Assembly (NCBI GenBank): GCA_010909165.1
Contig: MU008179.1
Coordinates: 434,001-498,000, forward strand
Source: Anthoceros angustus
Lineage: Eukaryota; Plantae; Anthocerotophyta
Direction of reading: 5' to 3'
Length of the DNA: 64,000 nt
How positions within the stretch are numbered: position 1 is the stretch's first letter; each line of letters begins with the position of its first letter. A model generated the notes under the pieces. That model saw only the letters and a program-made list of their open reading frames with translations. It made no database searches and was not told the DNA's origin. The position numbers and the translations under genes were made by a program. Below, piece after piece: positions 38,091-52,100 of this stretch.

Positions 38091-40389
38091 TCTACTTGGT
38101 CAAGTGCATCGAGTCTTGTCACAAAAGCGGATGTGCTTAGAAAGTGTCCTTGGAGCAATAATACTTTCCTCCTGTGATGAAATAGTAGTAGGCCAAGATT
38201 ACTGTGGGCTTGAGACGGATGTCTTTACACACTAGACCTTAATGAGGCAGACATCTACATGTGCATTGCAAGTAAGTTTGCACTCTTGCAAATGGATGGT
38301 AGACGGACGTGAGGTATTTTAGATGCGACACTCTAGACACATTCGATCGACATGATAGCAATTAGGAATGTGTGTGAGGCGTTGCTTGCTTGGAATGCGG
38401 ATGGCACCTATTGATGCGGATGGCACCTATTGGAACCATGTGCCATATTGCCTCGCGTTATCCATACGAATGGCATCCAAAGTATGTGGTAAATCCTTCA
38501 CGATTGTGTTGTGTAGGCCACAAAACATGCATGGTCCACACTATGTGATAGCGATATTGGTGCCCCTAAGCCTCGGATGTATATCTTCGCGACATCGATG
38601 ATCACACACCGATAGACACATCTTCCGTACATCACCTTCTTACCGACGTCTACCAAAGATTCTAACGACATGGCTGCGATGGCGGTGAGATGAGCGGCAA
38701 GGGCCGGCAATGGCTGGTGTGGTGGCTCAACGTCGCAGTGTGTCGATCCATTGGTGCTGCAGGGAGTGCCGCAGAGCAAATAGCGGACCGACCGTGGGCG
38801 GAGTTGCGAAGGCACCGGCGTTGATCCGCAAGTTCGGCAAGGAAGGCGCAAATTCAAGTATTGCCCGGCTCATGAGCGCAAATCACCGACTATGGCGGAC
38901 GGGAGGAAGATGCCGGATGTGATACCACAAGACAACAAACCCCAACAAGTGTCTCACCACAGAAATGGAGATGGCGGCCGATCACCCCACTTGTGGCTCC
39001 ATCCCTCTAAGTCCCAATCTTGTGATGTAAGAGCTAGTCTAGCTAGCTATCCCATGTATGCACACGAGTTCTAGGAGTCACCCATGAAGTTGGGTTGTAA
39101 TCCCTTAGGACAAAGAAATGCATCCGCTGCTATTTGCAATCGGTTTCATGACTCGGCTAGAAATGAGACTTGGTAGTTTTCAATGTAACCAAAGTTGGTT
39201 TCACCAACGGACCGTGATGTTCATTAGTTTTCACACAATCAAGGTCGATCCGCTATGCACTGATCATGAGTGTGCACAAGTGCACACTCTTCCCAGTAGT
39301 GATGATAGGACCGACGATCGTGGGATTAAAGGATGTCTTCAATGTCTCGACATGTGACTCAAACAAGGTGTGAGAACCCCGACTCATTGCGATCCGATTT
39401 GAAATCGGATGGCACAAAAAAGAGAAGACTGCAATATGTCAATGTCGCAACCTTCTCGATCACCAAAAAGGAATAAGCTCTACTTAGGGGCCTCTTTGCA
39501 TGCAGCCTTCAATGCTACCGCTGGTCGGGTTCATCCAAACATGGTACTTCATTCTTGTTGTTGGGCTCCATCCTCCCTGCTTCAAGGACGACCTTTGTCG
39601 CTTTCACCAGCTTGCACGGAGGACAACCGGACACCAGCCTTCCCTTGTTCAATAGTTCATACACACCGGGACACTTGCTGTAATAGTTCCTTCAATGCCT
39701 GCCCCTTGGGAAGAGCATCACTGCTCCAACAACAATCCGTGGAAGGCATAACTCAGAACCCCTCGATGCACTTGTGACGTAGAAGTTCACGTGTTCATCA
39801 TTGCCTTCCTCACCGCCACCACGTAGTTGTCTCCGCCCACCTGCATCCGGGTCCACCGGCTCGCAACCACTCTTGATTTTATCTCGCTTTGTCTTAGTCG
39901 ATTGCCTTGACTTCCGCTTGACCCCCGGTCCGGACTCTCTCTCTCCGCTCACCGACTGCCATAGATCGCGCATATGATTCGCCCGACGACCGGTGTGACA
40001 TCCGGATGTGTCTCCGCCTCTAGCTCGTTTCTTCCAGCCTGTGACTTCGTGCCCACTACTAGTGACCCTTTTTCCACCTCACGTCGGTGCACTTCACCCG
40101 CCACTTGATCATGCACCAACTCCACACATGGTGGTGGCGGCATACATGCTAGTGTCTCCATCTCCAGCTCATGGTGTGCCAATGGCGCTACAGGGTGGCA
40201 TGGTGTTGACATGTGAAACCTCGCACCTCAACTCTTGGGAAGGCTTGGGGTTCTTGAAGAGCTTGGGGTTCACTGGCCGGCCTCCTCGATCATGTGTGTC
40301 CCTGCAAGGCATCCGCAGCTTCCAAAGCTTCCATGGCCTCCACCACGCCCCGAGGTAAGTTTGGAGGTGTGTCCTTTGTCCGCAGCCTC

Positions 40390-42720
40390 CACTCATCACA
40401 CATCCCGCCAACTCGCTCCTACTTCAGTGTGTCCACTTGCATGCTTAGTTGCCATGACTTGCACCTCCACTCCTGGCTTCCTGACAGAAGGAGGGGTAGC
40501 AACTGAAAGCCTCCTTTCATCCGACGCAGGCACAATACAAATGGAGCCAGGCAAACCCAACCAATGATCTGGTGCCTCGGAAAATAAATTTTGGGTGTTC
40601 CTTATAGGAACACGGCGAGATCCACTAGATAGTAGTGGCAGCTTCTCATAACATGCTGCACAATTGACAAAAGGAATATTGCAAAGATCCTTCGAGTGGT
40701 AGCATAATGTCAACGGGCCAACAAACCGCACAACACAATGAATAAGCCCGCATGTAGATACCGGAGAAGCTACGGGATCTCGTCACCCGACGTTGTACTT
40801 TGTCCAAGTGAGGAAGTGATCGGATCTTTGAGGAGGTTCATGAACTCGGACTCCCATTCCTTACTCGCTCACCTAATCCGATTGTGGGAACTGCTTTCAT
40901 TTTTTGCTCTCATCCATCGGGGTCAACTTCCAAAGATAATCTAGTGCACGGTGTTTGTTGTTTGCAGATGTGAACAAGCATGGCTCGTGGTACATGTGCC
41001 CACAAGACAACATGATTCGCTCAAACCCAAACCACCGCAGGGGCGAAACATCAAAAATAGCCAAAGATTGGTGAGGCAAAGACAAAACCAAGACAAGGGT
41101 CGTGATGAATAACGACTCGGTGCCTCGGGTATTACGGAACAAATAGGGCAAGTTAACAGAGATGGTTGGTGCACTCTTCCTTTCCAATGGCGCAAGAACC
41201 CATCCGTGCCCTTGCCTTGGGACTCGCTCTATCAACCACTTCTTTCGTGATGCAATGCACTCCAACTCATGCGGTCCCATGTGAGTCCGCTTTCATGCTC
41301 ATAACCTTTGATGTCCGAGTCCCAGCTAGCTCCTCCACCCTTTGACAAGGACCTTTTCAAGACCATACCCCTTGCAGCTTGGGTCCCTAAGTGATTCACT
41401 AATGCACGTTGCTCGGAAGATCGGTGTATCCTCAACACCGCATGGATCACCCGATCCAAATCTTCCATCTCTTGTAGGCTTTTACGAATGTCAAAGGCCA
41501 CCTCCCTAATCGCTGCTTCTCCTGCTAGGAGGCCTCTGCGGCTTCAAGGTCGATTCCATGATTGCAATTATCACCTCCTCCACGGCGAAGGTCAGTCACC
41601 GAGTCTCGAGGTTCTCGCAGAGCACAAAATTGCGGATTACACGAGATGACACAATGCCCAGTACACCTACAGACCACCTCGTGGTTGTGTCACATGAGTG
41701 CAACTAGCGTGCCATGTTCCACAGACAGGCTGCTCAGGTGCCCTGGCTTGTCACCGAGCGTGCTCAACACATCACCGAACCTAATCAGGCTAGCAAACTA
41801 GGTGACACTGAAGCAATTCAAGTGACACGCTGTGTCACTTGGCATACCTCAGTGTTTCTCGAATCTCATGCGTAAATCCTGCCCATGTGGGCATCCCGAG
41901 TGACATGACGTGAGCCAAAATTGAGCAAGCAACCAAGGAACAACATGAATTCTAACCAAGATGCAAGCATGACCACCTTACCACTTCCAATGTTTGCATG
42001 CTGAATGTGGACTTACAGATTGTGGTTGTCGTCACACTCACACCCACCATAAGATCTATCTCCGTGGACCTCCCTCTCCAAGCAATCCAAAGATCTTTCA
42101 CCTTGAATACGTTTTCCACCCGTTTTTTGCATGAGCCTCGATGCCCTCCGTGGCTGTTATCGCCCAGCTTAACACGAACTCCTCGAGCTTCTCCATTAGT
42201 ATCCCAAGGCACATCAGGGAATCTTCTTCTCCCTAAGGAGGGCCTCTGCTGTAAATATGGTAGACAAGGTCGCCCACCATCCTCCATTCTTCATCACTTA
42301 GTTTATCATTTTCAAAAATATCCATCATTGGTAGATGGGGTCCAAACCACGATTCAATCACCTCTTTGCCTCCAATCTTTTCACGAGGTCTTATGACTTG
42401 TCTCTAACATTGCACCCATCTTGCCGCATGTTCCCTCTTCATCCTTCCATGTCCAAAGTTGCGGACCTCGCTTAGGTGATCCCTGAGATGGCATCAATCT
42501 TGCTATCTCGCTTAGCCCCCCCCGCCGTTGCTTTGCTATTGTCGTTGATCTCCCTCCCGCCACGCCTCCCGAACATCGCTAGTTGCACTCTCCCGGACTC
42601 CTCATCCTCGATTGGATGAGGATGCTTCTTCCGCTCAAACATAGCCTCGAACATGCAATTAGTTAGAAGCTCACCTAGCCGGAAGCAAGCTCAAGTTGCT
42701 TGTGAACCTCGGACAAAGCT
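40390..42720 (-). mobile_element. Degenerate Ty3/Gypsy gag-pol remnant
   Basis: RFVGP at the integrase C-terminus (~40720), W..DIK.Y-like integrase Zn-region (~41300), A.ALSR-like end of RNase H (~41530). Heavily frameshifted. Confidence 0.5.
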
Positions 42721-44689
42721 TCACCCTTCTCAATGGGGCCTCTCACTAAGCCCGTATCTCTTCGTCGTACATGTGCTTCGCATCATTCGCAAAACATTAA
42801 CAACAAGCAGAAACGCAGCACACACCACATAGACTAAGACAAAGCCACACCTCACCACAAAGGCAAAGCCACAAAACACACCACACATGCAAACCACACA
42901 CCAAAACACACGGACAAAGCCACAAAACCACAACACCACAAGGCTACGGGTTTTGTGTGGCACACCTCACAAAACCCAGTAGCCACACCCCTCATGCATA
43001 GCCAATCATTTTCCGAGCCTATCAATCGGAAAATCGTTCACTGCACGGGAACGCCCATCATATCATTCGTGCACACGCTCTAATTGACACAACAATTTGA
43101 CGGCATCTCGATCTGCACATGCACACAAAGAGCAGCTCACGCCCGACATCGCCAACTTTGACCGATGCATACACCGCCCACACATGTGGAGCCGTCCTAC
43201 CCCAAACCAAACGCAATCACGAGACAAGAGATGTCATAGACACTACACACTACAGATTGCACAGCCACTATAGCCGCAAGAGGCAAAGTAGATGGCTCTT
43301 ATCTCAGTCACAACCGAGCATGCACCACGGGCAGATGTAATCGTAGGCTCATGCGTACATCGCCACACGAGAGCAAGATCGAGTGGAGCAGCAATTGCAT
43401 GATTGCACACACTTGAGGCACACATGCTAACACCACAAAGGTAGCTCATCACATCGCATGACACGGTTTATTCCCCAGATACTGGACCAAACCACACAAA
43501 GCACAACACAACAGAATCGCATCCGAGCGGAAATTGGAACTGGACACTAGGCGGATGCTCCTTTCTTGCTCCCTCTTGCCGAGCGAGGCCCAATGTTTGG
43601 GAGGTGTTCCCACCTTCCACGACATGGACGGGAGCCGCTTCATAAAAATACCGGCTTAGGGACCCGCTGGAGCATTGAGAGAGTCCAGAAAATACACACC
43701 TTTGGGTTGCTTCCACCGCGCCTTCCCTCCCTTTTGCCGCTCTAGTCGAGGGACCGCATTCGCAAACGCCAAGAAATTGTGTGCTTAGCGCCTCACAGAA
43801 ATCAACATGCACTTTGGTGACGGTGGCTTCACTCGCCGTGAAGATGATGGCGTGGCAGCCGCGCTGTTAGCTTCACGCTGGTACGAACGGTACACATTCG
43901 AAATGTATTCGACATATATACTCAGCCATTTGACTATTTTCGAAAAACACTCAAATTATGGCCAATTGTGTCACTGTGCCGCTTGGGTCCGCTTGGGTCA
44001 CTTGTTTTTTTAATACATAACGTGGTACACCAAAGCGGACATACACCCTGGACGCCCGCAAGATTGGGGTCTCAGAAATGCGCCGGACGTCCGCGCAGTT
44101 TTGTGAAATTCGCCAAACGTCCGCGTGATTGGTTCTTTCCTATGTTTTTCACTCTAACAATGGAGATCCTAGTGTTGTGTACTCACATTGCACAAGACGT
44201 CCAACGCTACTTTCTAGAGTCGTAGTTTGGTCCTCTCGAAATGGCCATGATCAGGCTATCGGTTAATGTTCTCTCACAATTGCGCTGGACGTCCGATTAG
44301 CTTGTTTTCGGCTTGCTAATTTACTTTGTTGGCGGACGTCCGCCGTATTTCCTCTGGACTAGTTTTGTTTGGTTTTGCCCACCGCTTCACCTGCTAGGAA
44401 GTACTATCGCCTGCGAAAGAGGTGTTTAGGATTCCTTGTGAAGCTGAAATCCGCGAACCTTCTTCGGCTTAAACCCTGTTACCGTAAGTATTCACGAGAA
44501 AATAACATGGTCAATGTCTTTCAGTACATGTCTAAAGAGTGGTTTTGCTAAAGATGATGCATTTTGGCCCGTTTTCGGGGGTCATTTTTTGGTCTTTAGG
44601 GACCCAAACCCCTTCAATGGAGAATAACCCCTCTGCTGAGAGACGCTGTTATTTTAACTTCTGGACATGCCTCTTTAGTCCAAGCTTAC

Positions 44690-45720
44690 ATAGCAGCCAC
44701 AGATCTTATTGAACCTGCTACACGTGAAGAGGCTTTGTCTGGACCTGACAAGGAGAAGTGGAGGCAGCTATTCAAATTCGAGTATAATAGTTTAATAGAA
44801 AATAATACTTGGGAATTAGTTAAGCTTTCTTATGGTAGAAAGCCTATACAATGCAAGTGGGTGTTTTGCATTAAATTGAAAGATGGTAGTGTAGAACGCT
44901 ACAAGGCACGTTTGTGTGCTAAGGGGTATAGCCAAGTTCGGGTGTTGATTATCATGAAACTTTTTACTTTGTAGTTAAGTTGCGGACTATCGGATACTTG
45001 TTAGCCTCATAGCTTGAGTTAGATTTAGACTCACAACAAATGGATGTTACAATTGCTTTTCTATATGGTAAATTAGAGGAGCTGATTTACATGGAACAAC
45101 TCAAGTGTTTATAGATCCTAAAACAAAGGACTTAGTTTGTAGACTCTTAAGGTGTATTTATGGACTCAAGCAATCTCCTTTGAAGTGGTATCTTGATATT
45201 GATGGTACCCTTATCGAGATTGGCTTTGTTCGTTGTAATTTTGATGAGAATGTATATTTCCTATGCAAAGATGGAAAGCTGGTTATTATTGCTTTATATG
45301 TGGGCGACATCATAATTGCTACGAATAGCGAGTTATTATCAAAAGTGAAGACCACTCTTAGTTCCAAGTACCGGATGAAGGATATTGGGACTCTTACCTA
45401 TTGTCTTGGAGTTCAAATTGCTAGGAATAGGCGGAAGGTACACTTAGTATGTATCAAACCAAATATGTTAAAGAGCTTCTTAATCGTTTCAAGCTTGAGG
45501 CTCATCGTACCACTCCACTTGCGGTGGACAAGTCTTATCTACTCAGAGCCCACCCACGAGGAGGAAGCGAGAGGATGCTTCACACACTTTATAGGAGGCG
45601 ATGGGATGCTTACTCTTCAGTGGACTCGACGATATCACTCATGTTGTTTCTATTGTATCGCAATTCCTTTCTAATCCGGTTTAGCTCATTGGGTTGCGGT
45701 AAACGCATCTATCGTTATGT
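44690..45720 (+). mobile_element. Ty1/Copia reverse transcriptase (RVT_2) remnant
   Basis: NNTWELV...GRKPIQCKWVF, RYKARLCAKGYSQ, QMDV..AFLYG, YGLKQSP..WY, LYVGDIII, MKDIG....CLGVQI. Confidence 0.92.
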
Positions 45721-45903
45721 ATTAGGGGAACGACGCTGGGCGTCACGGCGAGAACGGTCGAGGCCGCAGGCCGAGACCCAGGCCGCACCCGACGAGCGCT
45801 CGCTCGGCGAAGGGAGCGCCGAGGCCGAGACGCGCCTACCACTCGACTTGATCGGTACGATCCGTAAGATCTTTAGAATTGTTGCCTTGTGCAACCACGT
45901 TAG

Positions 45904-48000
45904 AAGTCTTTTTCTCTCTTCGCAGTTTTCACTGTGACTTCGTAGTTTTCACTTTCACTACGCTTACGCTTTTTCACGCTTTTGGGATTTATCTTTTCTA
46001 ACTTTCTTCTCTGGCGTTGAAGGGGTGTACACCGCGATTTCGGATCCGCCTGCCTTCGTAATACTTCTTTCTTTGTTCATTATACGGTCCAGATAGAAAG
46101 TTAATCATTTGAAAATTTCGTCCAAACGGAATATCGCAGGCAATGGTAAATATCGATACATATTAAATTTCACCACTGTAAATATGATATACTAACCTCA
46201 AATAGTGCAAACAACTCCTTTTGATTCTTCGATAACTACAAACAAAAAGAGTTAATATTTTACCTCCATTTCAAGTCGAAGAAGATCTTGCTCGGTAAAT
46301 ACCTTTCTCACTAATGTGAGGCAATGGCTGTGAAGATTTCCCACACTACGGAAATGTGATTGGGCGTTACGCAAAGTATCAACGTTAGAATTTGCATATT
46401 TGGTAAATACAATATTAATTTCCTTGTTTACATAAATTGTTACAACTAACCTTTTGAATGTTTTTGTAGTTTCGGATCTTCCATCGAGTCAACAAGTCCG
46501 GTTTAGCTCCTTATTTTCAATGGCCGATATTTCTACATTACCAAAACACAAATTTCATTAGTACTACATAAAGCGATTCAAATAAACTATACTAAAACAA
46601 TATAAACCGATAACACTTACTTTTGGATCTCCATGTCTTTGCTCTAGGGTTGTCGACCCATCTTCAATTGGTCATTGGATCTTTGAGGCTATGTTCCCAA
46701 ATGGGAACATATCTATTTTTAAAATCTTGGAAGACTTGTGGATACTGAAAGTTATCCATCCATTTTCCAAAATCGACAAATTCTTTCGATGGTCCATACG
46801 TTGGTGCATTATCTTCTGACTCATCTTTTTCCTCTTTTTGTCCTTTGAAAAAACAGTATTGTAAGTTATATACTACTTACAAATATACTAATTATTAATT
46901 ACAAACATATAACAGCAATTACCTGATGAGAGATGGCTGTGTTGTTGATTTTGTCGTCCATTGCTTCAATTTTCTCCTTAATTTCCTTAGCTGTAGCAAC
47001 TTGTTCAGCAGCACTCTGTAAACAAAGACATTAGTATTTATTACTGTAAACAAATACATATAATACTGAGTGTTAGTTGTTTACCTCCAAAATCGACTGA
47101 ATTGAGATCTGATGTCCATTAAACCTCGGACCGAGTCATTGTTTCCAACTCTAATTGAGTTGTTCGGAGATTCTTCTTAATATCCTGTAACCATATACAA
47201 CTATAGTGAGTTGAGATACCTTATAGTCCTAGAAAGTTGGAACCAAGTCTTTACCTTTTAATTTTTTCCAGGTGCACTGCAAAGGAGCTGCAAGTCCTTT
47301 TTGTCCATTGATGTGAACATAGTGTGCTCCGTTAGTACTGTAAGAAAGATATCGAGTTAGAAATGTTCACAGGAGATTCAATTCAGATAATTGAAATGTA
47401 TTACCTTTCTCAACTATCTTTCGTATCTCAATGAGAGGATTTGAACTTGACTGTCATCATATCACGGATCCCCATGGGTGGGAACATGGTTGTTTGATCG
47501 CCAGCTGTTAAGGTTTGTTGGGTCTTTACTATTGTCGTCGCTTTCTGGAAAAACAGTCATTTTAGCCATGGATTCATCAACGGAAAATGGATTTGCGAGG
47601 CGTAAATGATCATTACCTTCTTGGATGTCGACCATTTCATCGTTGCTCTCATTCTCGGATGCCATTACGCAATAAAAGCAACGGCCCAATGAATAACTTG
47701 AACTTTTGGAAAATGCACGAGTGTTTGCGCCATCGCGCGCAGTTGTTGCACAGTGCGGCATGTTGTCTGCATGCCGCGTACTTTCAGCTGAGAAAATATA
47801 CTACGGCAACACAAAGACTGGATATGACTTACGCTCAAACTGGTTTTCGCATGCGTCTCCGTTAAGATATTCTGGACATGCAATTTCAGCTTCCAACGAA
47901 TAGTTAGGAAAAACCCGGTTAGAAATAAAATATGTTTATGGACTTTTGAACTTCGTCAGAGTGATCCAATATCAAGAAATTGCTGACGCGATGCATGCCG
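45904..48000 (-). CDS. AT-rich multi-exon gene or pseudogene of unknown function with short introns
   Basis: GT-AG introns at 47338-47404, 47185-47254, 47016-47084, 46843-46922, 46533-46620 and 46346-46450, several with CTAAC/CTAAT branch points. Exons read e.g. SAAEQVATAKEIKEKIEAMDDKINN and EFVDFGKWMDNFQYPQVFQDFKNRY, with a Lys-rich end. Confidence 0.6.
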
Positions 48001-49399
48001 CTTAACGCGTATTGCGGCATGCCTATAAATACCTCGGCATAAAGTTGACTCGACAAGTTGTTGACACGGACGCGATGTTGACTACGAAGCGTTGTGACCA
48101 ATCGACTCTAGCTACATTTGAACGAGGTTTAAAGACAAGCGTGTACTAAGGAAATTTGAGCGAATGAAGTCGCATGCGACTTCATTTGCATGCAACTGCA
48201 GCCTCTAAAGGTTGAGGGGCGGCGTTAGGTGCGATCTCTTGCATGCGGTGGCACCTGTTGGCGTCTTGAGTCACTCTTGGGAGTTACGTCCGGACGATTA
48301 AGCGAGATTAAGCGAGATTAAAGAGACAGATTAAGCGAGTATGGCAAACGTCAAGCAGATCAGAGAACTATCGAAGACTTGTTAGCGTTTCTTGGTCGTG
48401 ATGGCGCGACTTTTGAAAGCGGAAAACAAAGCGTAGAAAGATAAGTTTGGCTACATGAGCTATTCGTTCGATGACTTCTTGCGGACTCTGAAGGCGTGTG
48501 CGAGGTGTCTCTGAGACTTTCTGCAGCAACAATTCAAGGTAAGGGTTCTTGCAAGCAAACTTACAACGATACGGGCTATTCACGAGCAAAGCAAGAGGCG
48601 CGAGGGCAGTAGGGTGTTAGAGGCTGTGGAAGCAGAATTTTGGTCACCCAAGGCGGGAGGCCCGTGGGATGGGTGGTATTCGAGGCGGTGGGTAGTAGGT
48701 AGGTCGATAGAAGCGGTGGGAAGGCGGTGGGAGGAAGTTCGGGCCATGGCGAGTCGGCGTTCGATCCGGTAGGAAGTAGGAGTAGATAGGAGCATCTATA
48801 GGCATGATAGGTTCCATAAAGTTCCTTGGACCATGGGAAGTAAGAATATTCGGGGATAAAGTTCCTTGGCCTTCGAAGTATTTAGGTTCTGCATGGCTAT
48901 ATATGCCAAATAGGGCTAGTTAAGTTGTAAATAGAAAGTAGCTGCAGGAGTTTTGGACCGGACACATGGCGACCATCCGGGAGGAGCGCAATTAAGGCAG
49001 ATTTGCATGTACCTGCAAATCCTGGTTAGCCAGGGTTTGAACGGGGCGTCAGCGAACCCGGCAGTCACACAGGGGAGGGAGTTGCTGCAAGGAGGAAGGC
49101 GGAGCGAGGCTCTCGTGCGCGTCGGAGGGAGCGCGAACTCAAGGAGGCAAGGCCGAGGCAAGGCGCGCGAGTGGAGGTGCTGAGCAAGGGGCAATGTTGG
49201 AGAGGCGCTGAGGGAAGAGCATGGGCTACCGGCCAAAACGGCGAGTAAAGGGAGAAGTTGTTGAGGGAGATTGAAGGGGCCAAGGTCACCTCTTAGTGGT
49301 TGCGTTGAGGCCTCATCCCGAGGAGCGCTGGAAGCACTTCCCTGTCTCACCCAAACCACCACCTCTTTGCTCTCCACTCTCTTAGCGATAGATTACTTT

Positions 49400-52100
49400 C
49401 CAAACTCTCCAACTTGCTATCCTTGTGTGTGCTCCCAAGGCGTATGGTGAAGATAGTGGAGGACAGAGGGGATACGCCACGGGAGGAAACCTCCACCACA
49501 CCGCCCACAAAGGGAAAAGGGAAGAAACACCCAATTCCGAGTTCAGTGTAGGCGCTCCAAATTTCACCTCGAGATTTGAGCGCTCGAGCGCTATGCGCCG
49601 AGATGAAGATGGAATGGCTACTTGGTGCCTGGTGGCACTTTGCCCCGCCTTGGTCTGGAGTGTGCGCGATTTACGAGAAAGGCGACGGCCACCCCGGAGG
49701 ATGCGATAAATCAAGTCATCCCGGGATGTGGGTACATTTTCCGTGGATACGATTTGACAAGCCCACAAGGGGGATCATTCGCTTTCCAAGAATCGGATCC
49801 GGAGGAGGTTATGAGCATGTTCCTCGACCAAAGGAGGAAGTATGGTCGCAAGGCAATGGCTGGAGGATCTCTTTGTTCAAGGAGCGGTGGAATTTATTCG
49901 CCAAGATATGGCCGGGACTAACGCGGCGCAGGAAGACGACTGGAAATTCCCATTTAATGATGATATATGAGATGTCGGGGAAAGATAGTGGATTGGGCCA
50001 CCATTACGTATGAGCAGTGATTTGCACGGAACCATTTGGTGATGGAGGGAGCAAGAATCGGTTTGTCTCTACCTTCCTCGTACACCTATATCGGAGGAGG
50101 AGGTTCTTACGGTGACAGTGGAAGAAGCCAAGATAAAGCTACTGGTGAGGGTGGTGGAAGGAGAGCCATCACAGCCCCGGAGGATGAAGAGCAGGCGAGG
50201 CCCACAGGCAAGAGCGCCACGCCGCGAACCAACATGAGGCCTCGGGATCGGGAACCCAACAAGAGAAAGGGAAGAGGCCATAGAAGCACCTCCTACGGTG
50301 GAAGGAGGAAAGGATGAGACCACCTACGGAGGGTTGAGGATTGGTAGGCCGACAACACGGTGAGAATGAACCTACGGTGGGACCCGGGAAGGATGGAGGA
50401 CCTACGGTGGGAACTTTACCTCCTACCAAGAGGTAGTAACTGACTGATGGAGGCGTGTGAGAGAGAAGGAGGCGTTGGTGACCTCGCACCAGCGGGAGGA
50501 GGCGAGGGAAGTGTTTGAGAAGCGGCGGCATCCTACAAAGGGTAGTTCTTGAGGTGAGGAAGTGGGCGCGGGATCCATGGACGCCCTAGTGACGTGTCGG
50601 TGGCCGAGTTCGTCTGAACTTGAGACCTCTGAAAGGCTGGAGGGGAGAAGAAATTGAGAGGAGCTCGAAAACCACCTCAGAAGCAACACTCCGTGCTAGA
50701 TCGGCCAAAAGACGGGATGACCACCAAGTTGGTGAATGTGTGGGAAATGATTGACGGGTCTTCTTAGGGGAGGCAAAATCGCCAAGAGGGGAGGAGTTGG
50801 GCCGGAAGGAGGCGGAAGGAAGTTGGAAGCTACCCCAAGGGTAGGGCGAGCAGCGGAGGAGGCGACATCTAGCAAGGCCGAGACCTTGAAGGCAGAAGGA
50901 CCTCCTCAGAAGAGTTGGTTGCCATGGAGCAACGGAAGGAGCATTACAAGGGAAAACGACACTTGGTGAAGCGACAAGGATGGGACAATGTGACCAAGGG
51001 TCACAAGAGGAGCTTTCACGAGAGAACTTTTGGAGCGGCAGCGAAGAAGGCCGACGACCTTACCGCCTATGAGCGGAGGCAAGGCTGCGGAAGGAAGTTT
51101 TGATGGCCCAACGATCTTTGGAGGGTCTTGGTCATTCGAGGGAGGCGGGCGGCTGCCATAGTGAAACACATGGCGATGGAAGCCATGGAGAAAGATAAGG
51201 AGATTGGGAGATTGCCACAGGTTGGAGGGCGTAGTGGAGAAAGAGGCCGCATTGGTAGGAGTGACAGTGGCCGGGTGGGACGAGTCGTCATCCCACTAAG
51301 GGTCCGCATCATGGGCGCACAAAGAAGGAGAGTGGTAGGGTGGCGACCTACTACAACAATCTCCTAGAAGCGATTGAGGAGCGCCATGGAGGAAGACGAA
51401 GAAACGGACCTCACTGCTCGACAAGTGGAATGGCACCGGAGGTGAAACTTTGAGTTGGTACAAGGAAAGGCGGTGCTAGACATAGCCGAACGAGCGAGTC
51501 AAGAAGCACCTACGGCGACGCCAGAACCTCCCGAGACGGTGGAGCTACTGCCGGGAGGAGGAGGCGATGGTAGGATGGTACCTACCAAAGTTCCTACTCG
51601 GGAAGGAAGTGGAGGAGGAGGAGGTGACCCGGAAGGGTACCTCGGCCGAAACCCAGCCGTGAGGGGAACCCCATAGCAAGATCCGAAATGGTAGGAGATG
51701 AACCGCCTACCAAGAAGAGGATGAGGGGAGGAACCCCATCGAGGATGAACGTAGGAGGAATGGAACCTCCTACCACAAGAGGAAGACCTACCACCCAATG
51801 GGGCCGGGGCATACCATAGTCCTCGAGAAGACTCGGAGGTGGATAAGGCTAAGCGACCCGTCGAGGGGGAAGACATTGAAGCTGCAAGGGCGAACAAAAA
51901 GCAGCGAACGTAGGACGTCGGTAGGACCTTTTCAGTAGGACGTTTTGTCCCAAGTGGTGCACACCTTGGGAAGTGTGAGTATTTAAGAGTGGCGGCGGTA
52001 TGAGCGGATAGGATATTCGTCAAGGTGAGCCGGATGAGAGAGGACGAACTGTAAGGGGCCGACAAGAGTCCTATTGTTGGACTTGGCAAGTCGCCTAGCA
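49400..52100 (+). mobile_element. Highly degenerate Ty3/Gypsy remnant
   Basis: KADDL (ADALSR-like, ~51045), AYHSP...E (STAYHPQ-like, ~51810), W..HLGKCEY (~51955). An LTR-like CTATAAAAGGGAGG follows at ~52136. Confidence 0.4.

Noticed and set aside
38915-38930. TGATACCA, a possible reverse PBS
   Set aside because: Only 8 nt match, with no recognisable LTR or gag in the expected orientation.
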